Positions 7,387 through 15,676 of a stretch of 15,676 nt of DNA are shown here, one piece after another. The stretch is from NCBI GenBank assembly GCA_051294375.1, contig JBJCIZ010000080.1, positions 1 to 15,676 of the forward strand, written 5' to 3'. Position numbers and translations under genes: made by a program. The notes under the pieces were generated by a model that had not been told where the DNA came from, did no database searches, and saw only the letters and a program-made list of their open reading frames with translations. Each line of letters begins with the position of its first letter. Position 1 is the first letter of the stretch. This stretch comes from Paraspadella gotoi (lineage: Eukaryota; Animalia; Chaetognatha).

Positions 7387-9963
7387 TCACTGAATCCTAT
7401 ACAACATGTCAGTTTCTGCAGCCATATGATACAACAAACACGGGGAGATGTCAGACGAGTTGGCGAGGCGACAGGTTTTCATGGCGCTGCAATATGTCCT
7501 TTTCGTTTTCCTTTCAATACTTTTCCACGAACCTAACCGTCGCTCTTTTTTATTAAGTCCAGTTGGCTCCAGAATTTTCGGACACATAGCGAACCGAGCT
7601 AAAGCGGCGCGCAACGCCTTGGCGCCAACAGTAATGATGTCCTTCTCCAGTAACAGCTTCCAGATATTTTTCTGGTCGGCATCCATCTCACCTTCAACGA
7701 TCCAAATAAACACCTTACGCGATCCAGCGATCGAGAAAGCTAATATGACCAAAGGACGTTGACGATGCGCTTCGCTTGAAATTCTATAAGAAGCACAGAT
7801 TGGGCGTGAAGAATTTCTTAAAACGACTTTTAATTCACGATTATCCTCAGGCATAATAATCGTGTAATCACGCGAGTGATCAGAATCTTTTTCTTGCCAA
7901 CAGATTGGGTCGCGATACGCGTCGCGATTTGTAACTACAAATTCGCCTTCACTCCAATACCTTGTCACTGCAGTGAACAAATTTGGCCGAGGAGCTAGAA
8001 TGGGAAGGGCCCTGGCCCTATCATCAGTTCCGTCTCCAACGAAATCGGCGATCATCTGAATAAGGTCTCTCTCAGGCCCTTCCTGCTTATCCCATGCTCT
8101 TATAAACTCATTCAATTTCTTCCTAAGAATATGTTGCTTATAAGCATTCGGAAAGGGCATGTCCGCAATGGATGAAAGGAATTTTATCAAAGGATCCAAC
8201 TTTACCTCACTGGTAAACCCGATGTATTTGTCAATCGCTGTTGGCCCTAGATATGGAGATTCTAGAATTTTCGCCTCGCGATCCCTTTCGCTAAGACCAA
8301 AGAATGAGCCTATCTCTTCCAGGAGAGCGGGAATATATTTCCTGTGCCTTAGGCCGTATTGGGCCCAAAAAATCGGCGCATTTCCTAATACGAGAATGGC
8401 TGAAAACGGCGGAACATCCAATTCCCTAACCAACCGGTCCATTTCGTGAATCATGGGTCTATACATGACTGCCCTCAAAAACCTCTTTTTCTCCGACAGA
8501 GTCCATCGACATCGCAACTCCTCTAGCAGCTCACGTTGCTTATTCCTCGACACTCGCATTTGTCTGACGTTCAATAAAAAGGCCACTGCCTCCGGTCCTG
8601 CATCTCGACCTATTGGCAACACTTTTTCCAAAATTGCCGTCGCAGTTGTCTGACGAAACGGTTTAAGCAACCGTTTTAGTGCTTGTTGTTGCTTTAATGT
8701 CAACCTTTTAACCAATATGGGTTCGTCCTGTAACTCAGATGAATCCTCTTCCGCGATCTCAATGATTGGAGAAGCATCAACATCAATCATTTCTTCCTCC
8801 ATCACCGACTCTATCACAACAACACGCTGATCCTCGGTAGTAGCAGAACTAACAGACCTATTGTGAAAAGGATCCCAAGGGGTTTGCGGAGTTTTTGCCG
8901 CCTCCAACTCCATCTTTTTCACCTGTTCCGGAGTTAACCAGATCTCATCGTCGTCCTGAACCTTAATGCCCGATGGTCCGGATATCGTGGGTTTGAACCA
9001 AACGTTTTTATTCGGAAAAACGTGAGTCAATACCACAACATCCCTAACCAAATCGTCCTGCAAGGCCTCGTGAATCGCTTTTGCCAAGAAATATACATCT
9101 TCTAAGATGTAGCGGCGTTGTTCCTTTTTCCAGAAAGGTAAGTACCACGCGCTAAGTGTGACGGCTGGGTCCTTCTTTAGCGTGAATCCATCAAACGCAT
9201 TTTCAATAATTCGCAAGACACTGCCCGTCATTTCATTCTTTTCCTCTTCTGAGACTTGCCAAGCCTCACAAAAAAAATCCGAAGCCTCTATGTACTTCAC
9301 TCCTCTCAAAAATCCATCGTAAAACGAATTGATCAGATTCGCGAGGTCATCGAAAATATTCACGTTTATAAACACTACAGCAGGATGCGTGAGCAGCTCC
9401 TCTAATTTAGGAGGCATACGAGGTCGTCCCGAAAAGTCATTATTGGAGAGGTTAACGCAATGAACTGCGAAGGTTTCTAACCCCAACTCGTCATCTACCG
9501 CTGTCATGGCGATGCCCATGGCATCCGCCTGCAATACACCTTTCAATCTTCGTGCTTCCATCTCCGACCAATAATTGTCAACTTTCGCGAGTGGAGACTT
9601 AGCTTTCCACCTCTTTCTCAATGTCTTGGTCCAATTTTTTCTCTGTTCTAATTCGTCTTTCGTAATTCCATCCATCAACAACTCTTTCTCATGCCAAGAT
9701 GTGAAGCGGGGAGGGAGGACGTGTGGCCGCTGCATGCAGCAGACTCCCTCAATGTCCATGACAATGAGGGATACGCGCCCCTCAATCTTCATCTTGTCTG
9801 CCCTTTTTAATTGAACGTCTAAAAACGAATTCATTTTCTTAGAGTCGTGACAGATCTTTCCGATTATCTCGTGATCCTCTACTGGAAATGACAAATCAGT
9901 TTTACGTGTTTCGCCTCGCCTTCTTCGCCATTTTTCCTGTAATTTGTTCCTAAAGTCTGACAT
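7387..9963 (-). CDS. ORF3: DEDDy 3'-5' exonuclease (RNase D/WRN/Mut-7 family) plus second degenerate exonuclease domain, ~858 aa from first ATG (frame open from 10032)
   Basis: ExoI VMDIEG (9748-9756), ExoII LLTHPAVVFINVNIFDDL (9346-9351) and ExoIII SAWYLPFWKKEQRRYILED (9097-9111). The C-terminal LVILAFSIAGSRKVFIW...KLLLEKDIITVG...YHMAAETD repeats the fold without the catalytic acids. No signal peptide or TM segment is evident. Confidence 0.8.
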   Translation of the reverse strand: MSDFRNKLQEKWRRRRGETRKTDLSFPVEDHEIIGKICHDSKKMNSFLDVQLKRADKMKIEGRVSLIVMDIEGVCCMQRPHVLPPRFTSWHEKELLMDGITKDELEQRKNWTKTLRKRWKAKSPLAKVDNYWSEMEARRLKGVLQADAMGIAMTAVDDELGLETFAVHCVNLSNNDFSGRPRMPPKLEELLTHPAVVFINVNIFDDLANLINSFYDGFLRGVKYIEASDFFCEAWQVSEEEKNEMTGSVLRIIENAFDGFTLKKDPAVTLSAWYLPFWKKEQRRYILEDVYFLAKAIHEALQDDLVRDVVVLTHVFPNKNVWFKPTISGPSGIKVQDDDEIWLTPEQVKKMELEAAKTPQTPWDPFHNRSVSSATTEDQRVVVIESVMEEEMIDVDASPIIEIAEEDSSELQDEPILVKRLTLKQQQALKRLLKPFRQTTATAILEKVLPIGRDAGPEAVAFLLNVRQMRVSRNKQRELLEELRCRWTLSEKKRFLRAVMYRPMIHEMDRLVRELDVPPFSAILVLGNAPIFWAQYGLRHRKYIPALLEEIGSFFGLSERDREAKILESPYLGPTAIDKYIGFTSEVKLDPLIKFLSSIADMPFPNAYKQHILRKKLNEFIRAWDKQEGPERDLIQMIADFVGDGTDDRARALPILAPRPNLFTAVTRYWSEGEFVVTNRDAYRDPICWQEKDSDHSRDYTIIMPEDNRELKVVLRNSSRPICASYRISSEAHRQRPLVILAFSIAGSRKVFIWIVEGEMDADQKNIWKLLLEKDIITVGAKALRAALARFAMCPKILEPTGLNKKERRLGSWKSIERKTKRTYCSAMKTCRLANSSDISPCLLYHMAAETDMLYRIQ

Positions 9964-10246
9964 TGTGTACTCCCCTAAAAGCGATCTCTCATTAACCACT
10001 GCAAATGAATCCTTTGGGTAATTGTGACACAAATAAAATAATCAAAGGGGTATAGTATTGTGATAAAAATTATCGCGGCTTAAAAAACTAAAATCCGACT
10101 TTTTTTTTCACATTGTATGCTCAAAAATCTGTACCAATGACTTTTTTATTCTTGTAATAAAGCTACTTCTTGATTAGTTTGTAGAGCTTTTGAGACATTG
10201 AATTGCCCTAAGGCTAAAAGCATAAGAATAAAAGGAATTAACTACG

Positions 10247-10296
10247 TTTTTCTTGTTTTTTTTTTGTTTTTATTTTTTTTTTGTAATTTTTTTTTT
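10247..10296 (-). repeat. A-rich tract (element sense) in pol-ORF3 spacer
   Basis: About 50 nt of nearly pure T on the plus strand. Confidence 0.8.
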
Positions 10297-10454
10297 CACG
10301 CGCGCGATCTATTTACAATGTTAAAATCAATTTAAAAACCTCTATCTCCCTAATGCCTTCAACCGAGCTTGGCTCTTTGGAACCGTTATTTAAATTTAAT
10401 AATATTTTTAATAATTATTTACAGTTTAAGATGCATATTATTATTATTAATACC

Positions 10455-13400
10455 TTATTCCTGTTCCGCTTCCGTCTCTTCGTCCGATTGAACTTGGCCT
10501 CTTTCCAAACGGGCGTAATCAACTCTCGGCCGGCGTTGTCTCCTGGGTGTTGATTCTTTCAATCCTGGCGCATTGAAACTCGATAAATTTCTAATTTCAC
10601 GGCTCGTTGATGTTCCCACAGATTCAAAGCTGATTATTGGCCGAATTGATTGACGAAACATTTTTCCTCTCCCTCGTGGAATCAACGGAGAGTCGGAATA
10701 TGAGCCACGGATTGCTCTTGTACTTATATTGAAATCTATTTGTATATCTTCTTGTTCCGCGGGTTCGGTCTCCGCCTCCGACTCACCCCCTTCTGGAGAT
10801 CGAGTTCCAACCGATCGATCGTAATCCGGAATTATCGATTCAGACGGAGAATTCTGTTCGTTGATGACCGCGTCGTCGCCAGCGTCGCTAAAGAGAGAAT
10901 CGTCGGAAGAATAATCGCAAACCTCCTCCGTCATAGTAAGCCTCGGCTTTTCTGCCCGCTTTTCAACTTCCTGCAACCATAGTTGCAATCCAGTAGGGAG
11001 ACATCCCTCTTTCATTTCTTCTTTCATGATATCCAATGAACTGTGATCTTCCATTTGATTTCGTCCCTCTTCCGCCGTGTAACATGATTCAGGTTCGCGA
11101 AACTTTTTCAAATCACATCCCGGGCGAATCTCTTCATCTCCGCGCTCATTTATTATCACATATGCATTACCTTTTCCTTCTCCGTGAGGATGTAATTCCT
11201 TCTTAACTGTCCATGGGCCTTCGTAATGAATACTTAGTTTATCTCTTTTTTCTCGCGGCAATAATTTCAGGACTTTTTGCCCCTGTTGAAAAATTTCCAC
11301 GTGTTTACCTTTAACACTCTGCCGAACCATCTGCTCCTGATATTTTATCATTTGTTCGTTTCTCATGTTCCTCATGTTGTCGACCTTGTCTTCCATTTCC
11401 TTCACATACATTCTCATTGGTTTACGAGTGCCCTGTAATTCCAACGGAGTTTCTAATTGATTTTTCAAGGGGATTCGCGGCTCGCGACCAAACATCAATT
11501 TAAATGGTGAATATCCCGTGGCTGGATGAGGAATAGAGTTGTAAGTAAACTCAATCCATGCAAGATATTTAGACCAACGTTTTCCGAACTGATTTACTCG
11601 TTTAGCCAACTCGCTAATAATGGTTCTATTTTTTCTTTCCACTTGGCCCTGTTTCTGAGGGTGGTAAGTCATGGAAAATTCTTTCTTAGTCTCATAGATC
11701 TTACACAACGCTTCCACTAGTCTATTCTTGAATTCAGGCCCATTATCCGATCCCCATACTACGGGAAAACCGAACCTCGTAATAAACTGTTCCAATTTCC
11801 TCGCGACCGTTGTCGATTCTGCCCCTACAATGGGAAATAACACACAGTATCTTGTGAATCTGTCCTCAATGACAAGGATGTGATCAAATCCATCTGAAGG
11901 CGTTCCAATTTTCAATAAATCCGTGGCCACGTGATGCATTGGAAAGTTTGCATTTTGTGGTATCATGGGAACTATTTTTTTTCCCTTAGATCTCATTGCC
12001 TGACACTCAAAACATCTGTTCACCTTTTCCGTGATGTCTCGGCCCATGCCCGGCCACACGCAAAAGGAATCTAGCCTCGCCTTCGCCCTTTTTGCCGAAG
12101 GGTGACCACTACGATAATCGCCATGCGCGCAGTCCATGACCTTTGGAACGAGTGAAGCGGGGATTACTACGCGTAAACATTGTTCCCCTTTGTGCGATTT
12201 TGCATGATACAACATTCCGTCTATTATCATCAACCCGTCACACTGTTTGGAAAACCATTGTGGTATCCGTAACATCTGTAGTTTTGTCTTAATGTCTTCT
12301 GGTTTTTCCATCAATATCTGAATAACTTGACTGATAACAGCATCTGCCACTTGCGCATTCTTTATGTTATTTATTTCATCTTTATCAGATATTAATGATG
12401 ACAATGGAACCTCTGCGTCACAACATGCTCCTAGCAAAATGTATTCTTCTTTTGCCGTATTATCTGGTGGATCGGCATGTGGAGCTCTTGATAAGGCATC
12501 CGCGTCTGCGTGAGCCTTTCCAGCTTTGTGTTTTATCACGAAATCATATGTGGATAACTCCAGTGCCCATCTAGTTCTCTTCCCAGAAGCATCCTTTCTC
12601 GTGTCTACACTGAGACATGACAAGAGTGGTTTATGATCTGTATATATCACAAATGGCTTGAATCTCAGGTAGTGGGAGAATTGTCTCACTGCCCAGATTA
12701 TACCATACATTTCCTTATCAAAGGGGGCCCAAGCCCGTTCTGCAGTGTTCAGTTTCTGACTCGCAGCGGCTACTAGCACTTCCTTCCCCCTTCCGTCTTT
12801 TTGCGTCAAGACTGCTCCCACGGTGTTTTGACTACCGTCGGGTTTCACAAAAAATTGCTTCTCAAAGTCTGGATAAGCCGTGGCCGTACCTGCCATCAAT
12901 TCTTTTTTCAATTCTAAAAATGCTTCTATACATTGTTCATCCCATGTAAACTCTTGATCTTTTTTCAACAGATCTGTCAGTGGCTCCGCGATCTTTGCAA
13001 AATTTGGGATGTGACTACGATAGTAGTTAGCCAAACCGAGAAAACCTCTGACCTGTTTGACATCAGTGGGCTCTGGCCAAGCATCAACTTTGGCCAAGTT
13101 GACTGGATCCGGTTTTATTCCTTCATTGTTTAGCCTAAATCCTAGTACCGAAACCTCGCCTCTCGCGAAATCGCATTTCTCCGGGTGTAGCTTCATTCCT
13201 GCCCGTTTCATGGCGTCCAAGGCTTTTTCCAACATATCCAGATGTGTCTCAGCGTCAGGAGTCGCTATCAAAATGTCGTCCAAATACGCGAGCATATATT
13301 CAATTGGAAGTCCTCTGAAAACCAATTCTACTAGCGCTTGAAATGAAGCTGAGCTATTTTTAGCTCCCATTGGTAAACGTATATATTCCAAATGTCTGCA

Positions 13401-14084
13401 ACCATCTGAAAAGGCAAAGTATTTTCTCTGACTCTCCAGAACTTCCATGTGATAATATCCTTTCAAGAGATCCAGCTTTGAAAAGACTTGTGGATTTTTC
13501 AACCTACGGACACCATCTTGGATGTTTGGAAGAGGGAAATGTGCCTTTTCTGTAACTTTATTCAATCTCCTGAAATCCGTGCAATATCTCCAAGAGCCAT
13601 CTTTCTTCTTTACCAGAACAATTGGTGCATTGTATGGGCTTTCTGATTCTCGAATTGTTCCTAATGCCAACATTTTATCAGTTTCTCTATTTACTGCTTC
13701 TTGGACGTCAGGAGGTGGAGCCCGATAGTTTGGCACAAAAACCGGCTTATCAGTTGTCAACTTTATTTGATGATATGCTAATTCAGTCCTACCCAGATCA
13801 GATTCCGTCTTAGCGAAGACATCGCTGTAACGATCTACCAATTCGCGAAATCGTCGCTCTTGGTCTTCATTAAAACATTCGCCACATTTCACTGGCCCAA
13901 ATTGTTTTTCTGCGGTGGACTCATCTTCGTCCGCTTCCGGGATAAGACCAGGCATCTCCTCATCGTCTTCCTCATTTGGCTCCAATACATACGGATTGTA
14001 TCGACTCTCTTCCGCCGACATATTCGCTATTGGTTTCGCTTCGTCATCTGGTTCCTCTTCTAGTTCTTCCATTGTTGGAAACAA
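10455..14084 (-). CDS. pol: Pol polyprotein: reverse transcriptase, RNase H, integrase
   Basis: RT: SPYNAPIVLVKKKDGSWRYCTDFRRLN, LPMGAKNS, YLDD (13275-13286). RNase H: VKPDGS, DKEMYGI, YTDHKPL, ADALSR. Integrase: HHCC (AHGDYRSGH...CFEC), D-D-E (VATDL, SDNGPEF, QVERKNR) and a GPW (GPY/F) motif. The TTG start is not the real start; this is the continuation of the upstream PR frame. Confidence 0.97.
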   Translation of the reverse strand: MFPTMEELEEEPDDEAKPIANMSAEESRYNPYVLEPNEEDDEEMPGLIPEADEDESTAEKQFGPVKCGECFNEDQERRFRELVDRYSDVFAKTESDLGRTELAYHQIKLTTDKPVFVPNYRAPPPDVQEAVNRETDKMLALGTIRESESPYNAPIVLVKKKDGSWRYCTDFRRLNKVTEKAHFPLPNIQDGVRRLKNPQVFSKLDLLKGYYHMEVLESQRKYFAFSDGCRHLEYIRLPMGAKNSSASFQALVELVFRGLPIEYMLAYLDDILIATPDAETHLDMLEKALDAMKRAGMKLHPEKCDFARGEVSVLGFRLNNEGIKPDPVNLAKVDAWPEPTDVKQVRGFLGLANYYRSHIPNFAKIAEPLTDLLKKDQEFTWDEQCIEAFLELKKELMAGTATAYPDFEKQFFVKPDGSQNTVGAVLTQKDGRGKEVLVAAASQKLNTAERAWAPFDKEMYGIIWAVRQFSHYLRFKPFVIYTDHKPLLSCLSVDTRKDASGKRTRWALELSTYDFVIKHKAGKAHADADALSRAPHADPPDNTAKEEYILLGACCDAEVPLSSLISDKDEINNIKNAQVADAVISQVIQILMEKPEDIKTKLQMLRIPQWFSKQCDGLMIIDGMLYHAKSHKGEQCLRVVIPASLVPKVMDCAHGDYRSGHPSAKRAKARLDSFCVWPGMGRDITEKVNRCFECQAMRSKGKKIVPMIPQNANFPMHHVATDLLKIGTPSDGFDHILVIEDRFTRYCVLFPIVGAESTTVARKLEQFITRFGFPVVWGSDNGPEFKNRLVEALCKIYETKKEFSMTYHPQKQGQVERKNRTIISELAKRVNQFGKRWSKYLAWIEFTYNSIPHPATGYSPFKLMFGREPRIPLKNQLETPLELQGTRKPMRMYVKEMEDKVDNMRNMRNEQMIKYQEQMVRQSVKGKHVEIFQQGQKVLKLLPREKRDKLSIHYEGPWTVKKELHPHGEGKGNAYVIINERGDEEIRPGCDLKKFREPESCYTAEEGRNQMEDHSSLDIMKEEMKEGCLPTGLQLWLQEVEKRAEKPRLTMTEEVCDYSSDDSLFSDAGDDAVINEQNSPSESIIPDYDRSVGTRSPEGGESEAETEPAEQEDIQIDFNISTRAIRGSYSDSPLIPRGRGKMFRQSIRPIISFESVGTSTSREIRNLSSFNAPGLKESTPRRQRRPRVDYARLERGQVQSDEETEAEQE

Positions 14085-14350
14085 AGGGAATCCCTCACCT
14101 GGTTGCGATCGTCGTCGACAAAGCCATACCTAACAGCTAGGGACGCTATCGGCAAGCCTTCAGTCGGCGTCTGGCGCACTTGACTGGACTTCTCGCCCGC
14201 ATCCAAACAGTCTGCCGGTAGTGGGATGTCGACGACCGTTGGGTTGATGGTATCAACCAATGCAACCGGCGTTCCCGCGCTAATATTAATCTTAGAAGGC
14301 CATTGATTAAAAATTTCTAATGTCATTATTTCATTTCTTGGGTCAAGCAC
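14060..14350 (-). pseudogene. pol: Frameshifted middle segment of pol (post-protease, dUTPase-fold-like spacer)
   Basis: TLEIFNQWPSKINISAGTPVALV resembles the degenerate dUTPase-like beta region often found between PR and RT in animal Gypsy elements. It overlaps neighbouring frames at both ends. Confidence 0.7.
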
Positions 14351-15003
14351 TGTGTGCCTGCAACTTGTGGTACTTCTTTGTGATACTCAGATGAAAAGGG
14401 TCGTGCATATATGGCATATGGATGTTCATTATTGTCAGTCCTACTTACTGAGGGTCCCGCCAAATAAACCTTCACTAGATTCCGCGTTAGTGGGGGTAGT
14501 GTTACTGACTCAAAAGCTGCTAGATGAGGTGGTGGAGGCTCAACAGGAGGTGGTGGACGATACAGTGGAATTCTTACCTGATCAAAGGTAACTGCATTAG
14601 TAGTGAAATCTATAACTGCTTTGTGTTGTTCCAAAAATGGTAACCCGATAACCACGGGGTGAACCAAGTTAGGAACAATGTTAAATTCTGCTCTAAAGTG
14701 TTTATTATTGTCTCCTATTTGGAAATCGACAAGGGCCTTTCCTGTGGATTTAATTGGGCATTTGTTTATACTTATGCATAAGGCGGGTTTATCATTCAAT
14801 AACCGTACTTTGGAGGGAGGTAATAGACATAATGTTTCCTCATCTATACAATTTCCTCCTTCAGCACCTGTATCTATTAATGTGGTTATGGTGGTGGATC
14901 CTATTTTTAAGTTAACTGAGCATCTGCAATCGTTTTTCGTTCCAGGGTTTGGATCTTTCCCAGTGGCTTCCCCCTGGTTGGCAGCACTGGCTATCAAAAA
15001 CCC
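14326..15003 (-). CDS. pol: Aspartic protease (N-terminal part of pol, -1 frame relative to gag)
   Basis: TLIDTGAEG (DTG 14866-14874) and VVIGLPFLEQHKAVID retropepsin motifs. Confidence 0.92.
   Translation of the reverse strand, partial: GFLIASAANQGEATGKDPNPGTKNDCRCSVNLKIGSTTITTLIDTGAEGGNCIDEETLCLLPPSKVRLLNDKPALCISINKCPIKSTGKALVDFQIGDNNKHFRAEFNIVPNLVHPVVIGLPFLEQHKAVIDFTTNAVTFDQVRIPLYRPPPPVEPPPPHLAAFESVTLPPLTRNLVKVYLAGPSVSRTDNNEHPYAIYARPFSSEYHKEVPQVAGTQCLTQEMK
14960..15003 (-). promoter_or_regulatory. -1 programmed ribosomal frameshift signal (gag-pol)
   Basis: G GGU UUU heptamer (15003-14997) in the gag frame directly before the gag stop, a 6-nt spacer, then stem CCAGUG (14990-14985)/CACUGG (14965-14960). 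A -1 shift enters the protease frame (GF-LIAS). Confidence 0.85.
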
Positions 15004-15676
15004 GCGCCAGGGTACCACACTCCGTCTGGATGTAACACATATCCATAACGACCGACCTCCGGGCTCTGGAAATTATTCCATTCTTGGTTGTAATCATATG
15101 CAGCCTGCCCGGCCTCCATGCAAGGATGGGTAAATGAATTGACATTTGCTTGCTCCGCAGCCACCGCTTCATTAAACTGATTCTCTGAATTATCTATTTC
15201 TCTTGATGCTGCTGCTATTGCTGGTGGTGCTGTGGCTGAAGCAGGGTTGGTTCCGGGAGTGATGAACCTTTGTGACTGTCCAGTTGCCTGGAATCCTCTA
15301 GGGAATCCACCTCGCCCAAAACCTCGGTACGGTCTTCTTGCCACTGTGTACGATGGAGTCGCACGTGAGTACGTGACTCCAGATGCTCCAGTCAGAGACG
15401 TCTGTAGATCTTTTATAGCGTTGGTCATCTTGGTGAACCCTTCCTCCATCTCCTTCTTCATTATCGTCATCGAATCCTGCGTCGCGGCTTGAGACGCTTC
15501 CACTCTTTGTATCGCCATTTCATTTATCTTTATTTTATGCTTCAGGTCCAAGTACTCGTTACTCGTCAACCGATTGGATTGTTCCCTTGCCGCTGGTGCC
15601 GGCACTTGTGCCGCCAACAATCCTTGAGACACCGCCCCTGGGTCTGAAATCGTTTCCACTGGTCTGGATGCTTCCC
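14994..15676 (-). CDS. gag: Gag, C-terminal part (frame open to window edge)
   Basis: Lies directly upstream of PR and is joined to it by the slippery site. Contains a coiled-coil-like segment and an RG-rich motif RRPYRGFGRGGFPRGF. No stop codon up to position 15676. The capsid domain is not visible. Confidence 0.8.
   Translation of the reverse strand, partial: EASRPVETISDPGAVSQGLLAAQVPAPAAREQSNRLTSNEYLDLKHKIKINEMAIQRVEASQAATQDSMTIMKKEMEEGFTKMTNAIKDLQTSLTGASGVTYSRATPSYTVARRPYRGFGRGGFPRGFQATGQSQRFITPGTNPASATAPPAIAAASREIDNSENQFNEAVAAEQANVNSFTHPCMEAGQAAYDYNQEWNNFQSPEVGRYGYVLHPDGVWYPGAGF

Larger units (their letters stand above)
298..15676 (-). mobile_element. Ty3/Gypsy (Metaviridae) LTR retrotransposon with extra ORF3, 5' end outside window
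   Basis: gag-PR-RT-RH-IN domain order on the minus strand, followed by ORF3, a long 3' region, a G6 PPT and a TG...CA LTR. Class is secure. That the LTR at 298-987 belongs to the same copy as the ORFs is inferred from orientation, since the 5' LTR is not visible. Confidence 0.85.

Noticed and set aside
7387-10032. ORF3 as an envelope gene
   Set aside because: No signal peptide or transmembrane anchor is evident; DEDDy motifs are present instead.
7448-15492. Many short plus-strand ORFs (e.g. 7448-7762, 8159-8449, 13057-13341, 14678-15133)
   Set aside because: Antisense shadows of the long minus-strand ORFs with no recognisable motifs.

Overview
Eukaryotic, AT-rich DNA dominated by a large (>15 kb) minus-strand Ty3/Gypsy LTR retrotransposon whose 5' part lies beyond the right edge. 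Reading the element 5'->3' (right to left): the 3' half of gag, a -1 ribosomal frameshift signal (GGGUUUU + hairpin), protease, RT-RNaseH-integrase (two extra frame breaks, mutation or sequencing error), then an intact ~858-aa extra ORF in the env position, a ~6.4 kb ORF-poor 3' region, a G6 polypurine tract and a ~690 bp 3' LTR (298-987) next to an (ACCAAT)4 microsatellite. The extra ORF is not an envelope. It has an N-terminal DEDDy 3'-5' exonuclease with all catalytic residues, followed by what looks like a Mut-7/Nibbler/EXD3-type helical region plus a second, catalytically dead exonuclease domain, making it a candidate transposon-encoded small-RNA-pathway mimic. The LTR appears to carry a back-to-back promoter, and the long 3' region has plus-strand splice signals, short ORFs and hairpins, suggesting a spliced antisense transcription unit whose frames are not intact in this copy. 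An AT-rich dispersed repeat flanks the LTR (1-272) and recurs inverted inside the 3' region. All homology calls are from motif recognition, not database searches.
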